Positions 9,864 to 19,157 of a stretch of DNA of 54,874 nt are shown piece after piece (position 1 is the stretch's first letter; each line of letters opens with the position of its first letter). The position numbers were made by a program, and so were the translations under genes. The notes under the pieces are model-generated. The model worked only from the letters and a program-made list of their open reading frames with translations, did no database searches and was not told where the DNA came from. The DNA is from a bacterium (lineage in GTDB: Bacteria > Patescibacteriota > Patescibacteriia > HK-STAS-PATE-3). Where the stretch lies: assembly GCA_043800725.1 (NCBI GenBank), contig JAZDMR010000023.1, forward strand, positions 1-54,874, given 5' to 3'.

Positions 9864-10688
9864 CTAAAAAATCAAAAAGACTACCAGCACTGTTAATCCC
9901 AAAACTATTCGGTAATAAGCAAATCCTCGCAATGAGTGATTCTGGAAAAGTTTCAATAAAAACCTAAGCGCTGAAATTCCTACAAATGCAGAAAACACAA
10001 AGCCGATAATAATGACATTCCATTCTGAATTGGGTAAACCTTCCTTAGTCAAATCAAATATCTTTTTTATCGATGCCCCAAATACAATCGGCAAAGAAAG
10101 CAAAAAAGAAAAGCGGGCTGCTTGATAGTGTGAAAGTTTTAATGCCCTGCCTGCGGCAATCGTGCTCCCAGAACGTGATACTCCGGGAATAAAAGCCAAG
10201 ACTTGAGCCATGCCGATTATCAAGGCATGGCTGATTGTTAAGCCAGACAGATCTCTGCTTGTTTCTGCAGTAATTTCTATTAGTAAAAAGACCAAGCCGC
10301 CCAAGATAAGCATTATGCCCACCCAAACCATTGACCTGAATATTTTCTCAATATCAGACTCAAAAAAGAAGCCTATCACTGCTGCCGGAATAGTACTAAC
10401 AATAATTAGCCAAGTAATCCTCGAATTATAAATGGTCTTTTCAGTACGATCGTTTCTCAAATAGCTAACCGTCGATCCGATCAGATTAATAATATCATTT
10501 CTAAAAAAAACTATCAGAGCGATTAAGGTTCCGGCATGAAGCGCCACATCAAAACCAAGCTGGTCAGAAGCGGCAAAATTTGGCCAAATCTCATGAAAAA
10601 ACACTAAATGCCCTGAGCTTGAGACGGGTAAAATTTCAGTAATTCCCTGTACCGCCCCAAACAGAGCAGCTAATAAATAATCAATCAT
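9864..10688 (-). CDS. uppP: undecaprenyl-diphosphate phosphatase
   Basis: N-terminal GITEILPVSSSGHL motif; polytopic membrane protein of 274 aa. Confidence 0.85.
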   Translation of the reverse strand: MIDYLLAALFGAVQGITEILPVSSSGHLVFFHEIWPNFAASDQLGFDVALHAGTLIALIVFFRNDIINLIGSTVSYLRNDRTEKTIYNSRITWLIIVSTIPAAVIGFFFESDIEKIFRSMVWVGIMLILGGLVFLLIEITAETSRDLSGLTISHALIIGMAQVLAFIPGVSRSGSTIAAGRALKLSHYQAARFSFLLSLPIVFGASIKKIFDLTKEGLPNSEWNVIIIGFVFSAFVGISALRFLLKLFQNHSLRGFAYYRIVLGLTVLVVFLIF

Positions 10689-11555
10689 TTATTTTTGACA
10701 ATGCTTACAATAATGAGCTGAGCGACTGCCTATCTTTTTACGTATTATCACATGTCCACATCGGAAGCAAGGCTGTCCCGTACGCTGATATACTTTTAAA
10801 TATTTTTGCATGCCTCCTGGTTGGCCAAAACTATCGCGATAATCCTGAATCGTTGTCCCTCTTTTTTTAATAGCAAGTCTAAGTATATCAGGAATTGCCT
10901 GAAATATCTTTTTTTGCTCTGAAACCTTCAGGCTTTTTGCTCGTCTAGTTGGTTTAATACCAGCCTGATAATTTACTTCATCGGCATAAATATTACCTAA
11001 GCCTGAAATTACTGATTGATCAAGCAAAATATTCTTGATTTGGCTTCTAGGACGTTTTTTTAGCATCTTCTGGAACCGCCTAAAGGTGACTTTATTATCA
11101 AGTGGCTCAGGTCCAAGTTTTAATCTATTAAACATCTCAGGAAGCTTATGAGTCATTAAAAGTCGAAAATAACCAAACTTTCTAATATCATTAAAATACA
11201 GCTTATCGCCCTTGTTTAACTCAAGAATTACTCTGGTAAACTTATTGGGCAATCCAACTGCGCCTCCTTCGATAGGATGCCCCCCTATGGCAACCCCGCC
11301 AAAAGCAGATTGATAAATTAATTGTCCGGTCATCTTTAAATGTATGACCAGAGAATACCCTCCTGAGAGATCAAGGATTAATAATTTGGCACGGCGGTGT
11401 ATGGCAACTATTCTCTTTTTACTTACTGACTTGATCGGGAGTGATTCTTGGTGGATAATCTTTTTTTCCAAAACACGCGCTTTCCGAACAAAGCGGTTAA
11501 CTATAACTTTCTTCAATGTTCTACGAACTGTCTCTACCTCGGGTAACTCGGGCAT
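10689..11555 (-). CDS. mutM: formamidopyrimidine-DNA glycosylase
   Basis: MPELPEVETVRR N-terminus and a C-terminal CxxC..CxxC zinc finger. Confidence 0.85.
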   Translation of the reverse strand: MPELPEVETVRRTLKKVIVNRFVRKARVLEKKIIHQESLPIKSVSKKRIVAIHRRAKLLILDLSGGYSLVIHLKMTGQLIYQSAFGGVAIGGHPIEGGAVGLPNKFTRVILELNKGDKLYFNDIRKFGYFRLLMTHKLPEMFNRLKLGPEPLDNKVTFRRFQKMLKKRPRSQIKNILLDQSVISGLGNIYADEVNYQAGIKPTRRAKSLKVSEQKKIFQAIPDILRLAIKKRGTTIQDYRDSFGQPGGMQKYLKVYQRTGQPCFRCGHVIIRKKIGSRSAHYCKHCQK

Positions 11556-11585
11556 ATTACTTACCTAAACCCTTGCTTAACCACC

Positions 11586-11915
11586 TTAAGATAAACCCAT
11601 TTGAGAAGGCTGAAATTCCTCCCATTCATGAGTTGTTTCGTTAAATTTTAACGCCTTTAAAAAGTCTACTTGATCATCTTTGGAAAATATTTTTTCGATT
11701 TGCACGTCGCTTCCGATTCTTTTAGAACCTATTGCTTTTTCGCCCACCACACGATCTCTGGTCGTACGCTCGAGTTTGATCCTACCTAATGGAGAATTAA
11801 CGATTACGCTATGAACTTGTCCATGACCATCTTCCAAAGGTTCGGTAGACTCATCAACCACCTCAAACTTTTCTCTCATCATTTCCAATATTTCTTGCCA
11901 GCGCTCTTCTTTCAT
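11586..11915 (-). CDS. hypothetical protein
   Basis: 109-aa ORF in the operon orientation with no recognised motif. Confidence 0.45.
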   Translation of the reverse strand: MKEERWQEILEMMREKFEVVDESTEPLEDGHGQVHSVIVNSPLGRIKLERTTRDRVVGEKAIGSKRIGSDVQIEKIFSKDDQVDFLKALKFNETTHEWEEFQPSQMGLS

Positions 11916-11939
11916 AATAATTTACCTTTTTTTATGCTT

Positions 11940-12425
11940 CTAAGCATATTGTCTTTCTTCGGGGGTAAGCTTATTGTGCTCACTGAGAGCGTATTCCTCA
12001 GCTTTGATAAAGCCGATAACATTATCATCAACATGCAGTTTTGGCGCTTTGCCAGTTAAAACATCTTTAACGCGATCAACCAAAACAGCCGGCTGAATAT
12101 TGGCTTTTACAATAAAAGCGCTGGCTCCTAAATAAGCGGATTTTTGCTGGCTTACTGGATCGCCTAAATTGGAAATTATAACTACGGGTACTGATTTTGT
12201 TTCGGGCGTTCCTTTTAAAAGACGCAGAGCTTCATAACCGTCAATTTTGGGCATTAGTAAATCAGTAAGCACAATATCGGGCATAAATTTTTTTGTTTTA
12301 TCAATGACTCCCCTAGCATCACAATAGGCTCGTACTTCAAATCCGGCCTTGATAAATAAACTTCGATATAATCGTCTAATTGACTTATCATCTTCTAGAA
12401 TAATTATTCTTTGCTGATTAACCAT
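11940..12425 (-). CDS. stand-alone response-regulator receiver domain protein
   Basis: IIILEDD .. DIVLTDLLMPKIDGYE receiver signature, with no DNA-binding output domain. Confidence 0.75.
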   Translation of the reverse strand: MVNQQRIIILEDDKSIRRLYRSLFIKAGFEVRAYCDARGVIDKTKKFMPDIVLTDLLMPKIDGYEALRLLKGTPETKSVPVVIISNLGDPVSQQKSAYLGASAFIVKANIQPAVLVDRVKDVLTGKAPKLHVDDNVIGFIKAEEYALSEHNKLTPEERQYA

Positions 12426-12463
12426 AATTGTATTGATAGACTAACAGATATGAGTTTTTTTCG

Positions 12464-13240
12464 CTATATTTGAGTTTTTTCGCGGGATGAGCTGTCTTTT
12501 GAAATTTTTTCCAAGGCGCGCTCCCAGGGTATTTTAAGAAACACATAAATACCAACTATTACGATTGCTACAAAAAAGCCGTTTATCAATACCCCCGAGT
12601 TTTTTAGCTCCGCCTTAAAGAAAAAATCATAAGCATAGCTTCCGGAATATGCAATGACTAATCCGGCAATAAACTTGCCGATTGTGGTCGGTATCAGGAG
12701 TTTCCATAAAGAATACTTGACCATTCCCAAAGGGACAAACAAAACATCATCAGGCAAAGGCAATACCCCAAAAATGAAAAGCAGTAAAGGTATCAACTTT
12801 GGCCGGCGATCAATTAGTTGACGCACTGCATTATACGATTTTGGCTTTTTTTCAGCAAACAATCGAGAACTCCCGCGTCCAATCACATAGCCAGTCAGCT
12901 CCCCTAGCTCTGCCCCAATTGCCATTAACAACGCTAATAAAATTGGACTTAAACCAACAGCGGCTAGAAAAAATATCACCACGGTATAAGGAAGCGGTGA
13001 AAATAAACTCATATTGCCGACGACAGCGCTGATGAACGCTCCCAAGTAACCATACTCAATGGCAATATTCTGCCAGCTTTCTGACCATCGCTCTAAAGAT
13101 AAAGTTAATGAAGGATTAGCTAAAAATACCCCTACCGCTAATATTACTAATAATAATCCAATAATTAAAAATAGCTCTTCTGCGCCAATATGGAATGATC
13201 TATTGCCATACCTTTCGCGATTTTTTAAAAAAGCGATCAT
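12464..13240 (-). CDS. DedA/VTT-family membrane protein
   Basis: Polytopic membrane protein with a SNARE-associated/VTT-like layout. Confidence 0.6.
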   Translation of the reverse strand: MIAFLKNRERYGNRSFHIGAEELFLIIGLLLVILAVGVFLANPSLTLSLERWSESWQNIAIEYGYLGAFISAVVGNMSLFSPLPYTVVIFFLAAVGLSPILLALLMAIGAELGELTGYVIGRGSSRLFAEKKPKSYNAVRQLIDRRPKLIPLLLFIFGVLPLPDDVLFVPLGMVKYSLWKLLIPTTIGKFIAGLVIAYSGSYAYDFFFKAELKNSGVLINGFFVAIVIVGIYVFLKIPWERALEKISKDSSSREKTQI

Positions 13241-14568
13241 GTTTTTTTCTTAACCATTTTAGATTGTTTCTTGTTTGGGTCACGATACGGAATAAAATAT
13301 TTTTTTCCTGACAAATTTGCCGGTAGGTAGGCCTGCCCACCCTCTTCTTTGGAATAATAGTGTGAATACTTATAATTTTTACCATAGCCCAAATCCTTCA
13401 TCAGACTAGTCGGTGAGTTGCGCAGATGAAGTGGCACTGGCTCATTCAAGGTTTTTTTTACATCTTCTTTTGCGCGACCTAGAGCCTCATAAGTGGAATT
13501 ATTTTTTGGCGCCAAAGCTAATGCGATAGCGCAGTGCGATAAATTAATTTCACATTCAGGCGGGCCAATTAATTGAGTAGCCTTAAAAACTGCCACTGCT
13601 AAAGGCAAGGCGCTATTATCAGCCAAAGAAATATCCTCTGAAGCAAAAACTACCATTCTCCGGGCAATAAGAACTGGATCTTGGCCCGCTTCTATCATTC
13701 GAGCAAGCCAATAAACCGCTCCATCAGGATCTGATCCCCGCATTGACTTGATAAAAGCTGAGATTACGTTGTAGTGTTCCTCTCCTTTCTTGTCAAATAA
13801 TAAGTGTCTCTTTTGTACGGCTGCTTCTAATAGTTCTAAGGTTAGATGTCTGATATTGTCTTTATCCAAGCGAGCTGACTTGATGGCAATTTCTAAAGCA
13901 TTTAATAATGCCCGGGCATCACCATTGGCCTCACCTAGAATAAAATCAAGCGCTTGAGGTTCAATTTTGGTCCGAAAGCCGCCATATCCCTTTTCTTTAT
14001 CAGTAATCGCTCTTTTGGCTAGTTTAGCCAAATCGGATGGTGCTAGCCTCTCTAAGACATAAAGCTGGCAACGGGACAGCAGGGGCGCAATAACCTCAAA
14101 AGAGGGGTTCTCAGTGGTCGCTCCTATTAAAACAATTGTCCCGTCTTCCACATAGGGCAAAAGAGCGTCTTGCTGTGCCTTATTCCAGCGATGGATTTCG
14201 TCAACAAATAAAACAGTTCTTTTTCCCTCATACTTCCAGTCTGATTCTGCTTGTCGGACAATCTTTCTCAAATCATCAATTCCGGAAGTAACCGCTGATA
14301 TTTGATTAAATATTGAATTAGTTTTCTCGGCAATTAATCTAGCCAGGGTAGTTTTCCCGGATCCTGGCGGCCCCCACAAGATCATCGAATAAAGCTCGTC
14401 GTTTTCAATGGCTTTTCGTAAAGTGCTTTTATTATTAATTAATCGAGTTTGTCCAACAAATTCCTTAAAACTCTTCGGCCGCAACCGATCTGCTAATGGA
14501 GCTTGTTGCCTTTTTTCAGACTCTCTGGCTTGAGAAAATAAATCTTTCATAGCACACAAAAACAGCAT
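13237..14568 (-). CDS. rarA: replication-associated recombination protein A (AAA+ ATPase)
   Basis: GPPGSGKTTLA Walker A, DEIHRWNK Walker B/sensor and a MgsA C-terminal region. The true start may be the internal MKDLF. Confidence 0.85.
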   Translation of the reverse strand: MLFLCAMKDLFSQARESEKRQQAPLADRLRPKSFKEFVGQTRLINNKSTLRKAIENDELYSMILWGPPGSGKTTLARLIAEKTNSIFNQISAVTSGIDDLRKIVRQAESDWKYEGKRTVLFVDEIHRWNKAQQDALLPYVEDGTIVLIGATTENPSFEVIAPLLSRCQLYVLERLAPSDLAKLAKRAITDKEKGYGGFRTKIEPQALDFILGEANGDARALLNALEIAIKSARLDKDNIRHLTLELLEAAVQKRHLLFDKKGEEHYNVISAFIKSMRGSDPDGAVYWLARMIEAGQDPVLIARRMVVFASEDISLADNSALPLAVAVFKATQLIGPPECEINLSHCAIALALAPKNNSTYEALGRAKEDVKKTLNEPVPLHLRNSPTSLMKDLGYGKNYKYSHYYSKEEGGQAYLPANLSGKKYFIPYRDPNKKQSKMVKKKT

Positions 14569-14601
14569 ACCTTAAAACACCCCTCAAAGGAAGTATATTG
14601 A

Positions 14602-15276
14602 TTAAGTAATAATATTAATAGCCGGTTTTTTAGAGGAGTAAAATCTTCTGGCGAGTTTTTGGCCGTATTTCCAGCTCACCCAGCCAATTAAAAGTCCGGC
14701 AAAAATATCCGGCACAAAATGCTGTTTTAGCAGTAAAGTGGAGGCGATAATGCTTAGAGCAATTAGAGCGAAGAATATTTTCCAAGGATTTCTAACTAAT
14801 GGAATGGTGCTAAAAAATAGGATGGTTGTCGACAAGGTATGGCCTGACGGAAAAGCGTTAAACCTATGGTCAGTGCTATAAAGCCAGTCCAATATCTGAG
14901 TGAAAATATTAGTCGGCTCTATTATCGGACGCGGTACGGTCGTTTGAAAAATAATATACAAGATATAAGCAATAAGGCAGCCAATCACAAATGAGGCCAC
15001 AATACGAATAAAGATGACTGGCTTAAAAATTAGAGTGTAAATAATTAATAAACTTCCCCAGGAAAAAAAGAAAAGTACATAAGGAATTACCATGGCTGAA
15101 ACTAGGGGGATATAACCATCTAAAGGAGTTTCTAAAATATGAACTGGCCCCCAGTTGTGATTCAGGGAAAAATATAAAGAAAATAGCGCTAACAACAGCA
15201 CTAACAAAGTAAGCCGGCCTATCAGGCTGGTAAGGTCTAATACTAATGGCGAATCATTTTTTTTCCTTCTAGGCAT
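14602..15276 (-). CDS. PAP2-family membrane phosphatase
   Basis: PAP2 motifs PRP, PSGH and H..D (KQHFVPD) in a polytopic protein. Confidence 0.65.
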   Translation of the reverse strand: MPRRKKNDSPLVLDLTSLIGRLTLLVLLLALFSLYFSLNHNWGPVHILETPLDGYIPLVSAMVIPYVLFFFSWGSLLIIYTLIFKPVIFIRIVASFVIGCLIAYILYIIFQTTVPRPIIEPTNIFTQILDWLYSTDHRFNAFPSGHTLSTTILFFSTIPLVRNPWKIFFALIALSIIASTLLLKQHFVPDIFAGLLIGWVSWKYGQKLARRFYSSKKPAINIIT

Positions 15277-15279
15277 AAC

Positions 15280-15972
15280 CTAGGTTCCCCCAAATCGTCG
15301 TTGTCGATTTTTAAATTCAGTAATTGCTTTAATTAAATCCTTTTTTGTGAAATCTGGCCAGTACTTATCTACAAAGACATACTCAGCATACTCGGATTGC
15401 CAAAGTAAATAGCCGGAAGTTCTATGTTCGCCAGAAGTTCTAATAATTAAATCTGGATCAGGTAATTCAGGTGAATATAGATTTTTTTGAATAGTTTCTT
15501 TATCAATCTTTGCGGCAGGGATTTTATTTTTTATGATTTTTTTTACCGCATCGACTATTTCAGTTCTCCCGCCATAATTTAGGCAAATATTAAGAATTCC
15601 TCGGGTGTTGTTTTTTGTTTTTGCTACAGCTTTACGGATATAACCCTGTAATTTCTTGGGAAACTTCTCAATTCTGCCTGATACAATAAGTCTAATATTT
15701 TCTCGATGAAACTTATCAACCTTGTTTAAAAAAACTTCTTCCAAGAGATGGAATAAATACTTCACTTCCTTTTCTGATCGCTTCCAGTTCTCTGTCGAGA
15801 AAGCCCAAAAAGTAAGGACTTTCACTCCTTGCTCAATCGCCACATCACAAATTTCCTCGGTTATCTCAACGCCCTTTTTATGTCCAACCAGAGAAGGCAG
15901 ATGTTTTGATTTGGCCCATCGCCGATTTCCATCTGGGATGATCGCAATATGTTTAGGTGTAGGTAAACTCAT
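15280..15972 (-). CDS. uppS: undecaprenyl diphosphate synthase (cis-prenyltransferase)
   Basis: HIAIIPDGNRRWA and RTSGE..LWQ motifs. Confidence 0.9.
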   Translation of the reverse strand: MSLPTPKHIAIIPDGNRRWAKSKHLPSLVGHKKGVEITEEICDVAIEQGVKVLTFWAFSTENWKRSEKEVKYLFHLLEEVFLNKVDKFHRENIRLIVSGRIEKFPKKLQGYIRKAVAKTKNNTRGILNICLNYGGRTEIVDAVKKIIKNKIPAAKIDKETIQKNLYSPELPDPDLIIRTSGEHRTSGYLLWQSEYAEYVFVDKYWPDFTKKDLIKAITEFKNRQRRFGGT

Positions 15973-15980
15973 ATAATTTC

Positions 15981-17075
15981 TTATCGATTCCTATTTACAC
16001 TCAAATCAGAGATAACGGACAGCATATTAGCACATTTTTTATTAATATGTCGAGATCTGGCAATCGTAGTTTTTCCTTTTTGGGCAAGATTTATCGCTTG
16101 TTTTTTAATAAATGATAAAGCTGGCGTTTGACCAACCAGACTTCTGATTTGATCAACCTCGCGGGTATTTCGATGTTCTTTTTTAATTAACAAATCCAGC
16201 TTTTTGCGATCCTTGGTCTTTAAATATTTACGAGCTTTTAGGATTATTGCAGAAATTTTACCTTCTTTTATGTCGTTAGACGATTTTCCCGATTCTTTGC
16301 TGCCGATGAAGCCGATAATATCATCGACTAATTGAAAACCAATTCCTACTGGCACTGAATATTTGGTCAGCGTTCTACGAGTACTTTGACTAGCACCAGC
16401 GAATACCGCTCCAATTTGCAATGGTCCGTTAAAAGTATAATACGCTGTTTTATATTCAGCAATTTTTTCTACTAGTTTGCTGTTAACCCGCCTCTGCCAG
16501 GTCTGCTCAACATCCATAAACTGCCCAACAAGGGTGTATTCAAGCAAGTTCTTATAAACCTCGTCTAAGCTCTGCCTTATCTTGTCATCAGGCCAGGTGG
16601 ATTTAATAAAAACTTTATAGGCTAAATTTGAAGCATAATCGCCAATTAAGATGGCTAAAGCTACTCCTCGAAACCGCCTCTCCTGGGTACTGCCGGATAA
16701 TTTCCGACGGAATGCTTCATGAACAGTCGGACCGCCTCGCCTTAATTCATCACGATCAATAATATCATCGTGAATTAACAGATAACTATGAATTAATTCA
16801 ACTGCCGCTGATATGTCAGCCAGCTTTTTGGGAGGACGTTTTCCAGATGACTGATAACCCAGTTTTACTAAATAAGCTCTAATCCTCTTACTGGCCGATC
16901 TCATAGTAAATTCCTCTAGTTGATGAAAGCCCTCTCGAAGCGAGGGTGAAGTATTTCCAATACTCTTGCGTTCATTTTGGAAAATTATCCATAATCTTTT
17001 TTCAACAATTTTTTTCCAATCTGCCAAATCAGCCAGGCATGCGTTAATATCAGTCTTGGATTGATTATTCATCAA
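15981..17075 (-). CDS. trans-polyprenyl diphosphate synthase
   Basis: Two aspartate-rich motifs: LIHDDIIDRD and VDDIIG. Confidence 0.8.
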   Translation of the reverse strand: MMNNQSKTDINACLADLADWKKIVEKRLWIIFQNERKSIGNTSPSLREGFHQLEEFTMRSASKRIRAYLVKLGYQSSGKRPPKKLADISAAVELIHSYLLIHDDIIDRDELRRGGPTVHEAFRRKLSGSTQERRFRGVALAILIGDYASNLAYKVFIKSTWPDDKIRQSLDEVYKNLLEYTLVGQFMDVEQTWQRRVNSKLVEKIAEYKTAYYTFNGPLQIGAVFAGASQSTRRTLTKYSVPVGIGFQLVDDIIGFIGSKESGKSSNDIKEGKISAIILKARKYLKTKDRKKLDLLIKKEHRNTREVDQIRSLVGQTPALSFIKKQAINLAQKGKTTIARSRHINKKCANMLSVISDLSVNRNR

Positions 17076-17132
17076 TTATTTATTAGTCAATTACTAATCA
17101 GGAAATACTTATACGTTTTTATTGTGCCGATT

Positions 17133-17205
17133 CCCTCATCGAACGTTTGGGACTGATGAGATTAAGCGTGAGAAGGGAGATGCGCTGTATGATCTCTTCT
17201 TTCCA
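17133..17205 (+). repeat. tRNA-end element family, truncated copy A (5' domain only)
   Basis: CCTCATCGAACGTTTGGG..ATTAAGCGTGAGA matches the conserved 5' module of the full copies. Confidence 0.6.
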
Positions 17206-17300
17206 ATACCGAACACTTGGGGCCGATAGGATTAAGTGTGAGGAATAAAGGAGCATGCTTGCGAAGGGTGAAGTCCCGATGTACGTTTAGAATACACTCT
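17206..17300 (+). repeat. tRNA-end element family, degenerate copy B
   Basis: CCGAACACTTGGGGCCGATAGGATTAAGTGTGAGG plus CATGCTTGCGAAGGGTGAAG. P2 is compensated (ACACTT/AAGTGT), and the 3' strand of the long-range helix is missing. Confidence 0.6.
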
Positions 17301-17459
17301 CCCTCATCGAACACTTGGGCCCGTCCTCCGAAGCTACGCTTCGTAGGAGCGGAGCTAGGGTTAAGCGTGAGATGAATAAGGGACATCCTTCCTAAGGACG
17401 AAGTGGGCTCGACTTTTTCGAGTACACGTAGTTCGCAGGAAGAGATGGCCCGCGACCCG
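17301..17459 (+). ncRNA. tRNA-end element family, full copy C abutting tRNA-Pro (strand tentative)
   Basis: Carries the conserved module and all helices of the family. Its last base is adjacent to the TGG (CCA complement) of tRNA-Pro. It has an extended P2 cap hairpin. Confidence 0.6.
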
Positions 17460-17536
17460 TGGTCGGGCTGGTGGGACTTGAACCCACGACCTCGTCGACC
17501 CGAACGACGCGCGCTAGCCAACTGCGCTACAGCCCG
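17460..17536 (-). tRNA. tRNA-Pro (anticodon CGG), CCA encoded
   Basis: The reverse complement folds as CGGGCTG-TA-GCGC-AGTTGGCTA-GCGC-G-CGTCG-TTCGGGT-CGACG-AGGTC-GTGGG-TTCAAGT-CCCAC-CAGCCCG-A-CCA. Confidence 0.95.
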
Positions 17537-17567
17537 TTATTTTAAACTAGCCTCAACCATAGACTGA

Positions 17568-17599
17568 TCCGCCTAAGGCGGAAACTGCGCTACAGCTCG
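17568..17599 (-). repeat. GC hairpin plus a duplicated 5' 17 nt of tRNA-Pro
   Basis: TCCGCC-TAA-GGCGGA hairpin (17568-17582), followed by AACTGCGCTACAGCTCG (17583-17599), which is 16/17 identical to tRNA positions at 17520-17536. Confidence 0.8.
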
Positions 17600-17723
17600 T
17601 AATAATTTTACAGCTCAATTACATATTTTTTAAAAAGCCTAGTATGATATTCCAGAAAAAGCTAAATAAGTGTACGAAATACAAAACTTTTGGTCAAGCC
17701 TTGTTTGATTAGAAAATACTGGT

Positions 17724-18383
17724 CTACCCAGAAAAGGATAGCGTTTTGGCAATTTCGGTAAAAATTAAATAATCATTCATATCAGCTGCAGAATCCGTAA
17801 ACACAGTAAACAAAAAGCTGCCACGTACAAAAGTATAGCCTTTATTTTGGTTGCCGATAGTCAGCTTGTTTGCAATCAGCTTGGAACCAAGTTCTTCTGT
17901 TTCATCAAGTTGCCGATAGTCTAGACTGAAAAATACCTGCTCTTTTTTATCAGCTGGAATAACTTGAATTACTGCTAAGCGATTTGAGTCAGAATACAGA
18001 GTCCATTCATTATAGATGTTTTGCCTCGTATTACTTGTACTAGTATAAGTGTAATTGTCTTGTTCTGCATATTCAACAGTGTAGCCAAACTCAAGACTGT
18101 GATACTTTGTCAAATCTTGAGTTTTTATGGCAGTGTCTGTATTAGTGAAGGTAGCGTTGGTCGCAACTGACTGATTGGTATTACTGGTTGCTGGATTTAC
18201 ATTTGTATCGGAAGCAGCCGGGTTATCTGTCGTGTTGGTTATCGTATCATTAGCCGCTGATTTATTGGTAGCATAATAATATGCCAATCCTGCAATTATT
18301 AATACTACAGCAATTAAGCCAAACCATATCCAAGTCATTGACCTCGGTTTTTGTGGCGATGGATTTAAAGCATCTCCATTCAT
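17724..18383 (-). CDS. membrane-anchored hypothetical protein (N/T-rich linker)
   Basis: 219-aa ORF with one N-terminal TM helix. Confidence 0.5.
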   Translation of the reverse strand: MNGDALNPSPQKPRSMTWIWFGLIAVVLIIAGLAYYYATNKSAANDTITNTTDNPAASDTNVNPATSNTNQSVATNATFTNTDTAIKTQDLTKYHSLEFGYTVEYAEQDNYTYTSTSNTRQNIYNEWTLYSDSNRLAVIQVIPADKKEQVFFSLDYRQLDETEELGSKLIANKLTIGNQNKGYTFVRGSFLFTVFTDSAADMNDYLIFTEIAKTLSFSG

Positions 18384-18440
18384 AATACTCAGTATTAATT
18401 AATTAGCCTGGATATTATACCAAATTTGCATAATGCCGGT

Positions 18441-19157
18441 CTATTCTACCACCGGTTGGAGCCATTGTTCAGTAACAATATTTTCTCGAGGCACTCCTAA
18501 ATCAGCCAGTTCCTTGATTATACTGATCACTAACTGAGGGGAGCCGCAAAGGTAAAACAAAGGGATACGGTCCTTTTTTATATTAACTGCGATTTGTTCT
18601 TGATTCATCCTTTCTCGCTGGCCTGTCCATTGGCTGTCCGGGGGCTCCTGCGTCAGGGCTACTAAAAGACTGAACTGGGGCCAGCACTTATCCAGCTCCT
18701 CGAATTCTTTGCGAAAAATAATATCAGAAGATTTTCTGGTACAGTAATAAAGCTTTATTTCTTTTTTAAACTTTATATGTTGAAGATACTTGATTAATGA
18801 ACGAATCGGCGCGATGCCTGAACCTCCGGCAATAAACACCAAGTCCTCTTTAATCTCATCAGGAAGAATAAACTTGCCTTTGGGCTGACTTAGCAATAAC
18901 CGTGAACCCACTTCCAAATCATGCAAAGCGCTGGTAACCAGACCGGTTTTTTCAATGGTTAGCTCTATATCTGAGTCACTCGGGCTTGAGGAAAATGAAA
19001 AAGCCCTGGCCGGTAGATGGGTCTCAGGAATTTTAACCATGGTAAACATGCCAGCAGAGTATTTATATTCAATGGGCTGGGTAGGAGTGAGAGACAGGGT
19101 TATTACTTCTGACGCTTCTCTGATTATTTTGGCAATTTTGAATTCAGTATAGTCCAT
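18441..19157 (-). CDS. FNR-type FAD/NAD(P)-binding oxidoreductase
   Basis: RAFSFSS (RxYS-like FAD motif), FIAGGSGIAPI (NAD motif) and C-terminal LCGSP. Confidence 0.7.
   Translation of the reverse strand: MDYTEFKIAKIIREASEVITLSLTPTQPIEYKYSAGMFTMVKIPETHLPARAFSFSSSPSDSDIELTIEKTGLVTSALHDLEVGSRLLLSQPKGKFILPDEIKEDLVFIAGGSGIAPIRSLIKYLQHIKFKKEIKLYYCTRKSSDIIFRKEFEELDKCWPQFSLLVALTQEPPDSQWTGQRERMNQEQIAVNIKKDRIPLFYLCGSPQLVISIIKELADLGVPRENIVTEQWLQPVVE

Noticed and set aside
17150-17160. CTGATGAG hammerhead-core string in repeat copy A.
   Set aside because: The string is not conserved in the other copies, which have CCGATAGG or CCCGTAGGG at the same place. No GAAA or helix III context is present.
17162-17521. 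119-aa minus-strand ORF in the supplied track.
   Set aside because: It runs through tRNA-Pro and the three tandem repeat copies. It is Arg/Ser/Gly-rich with no RBS. The underlying sequence is better explained by the tRNA and the structured repeats.
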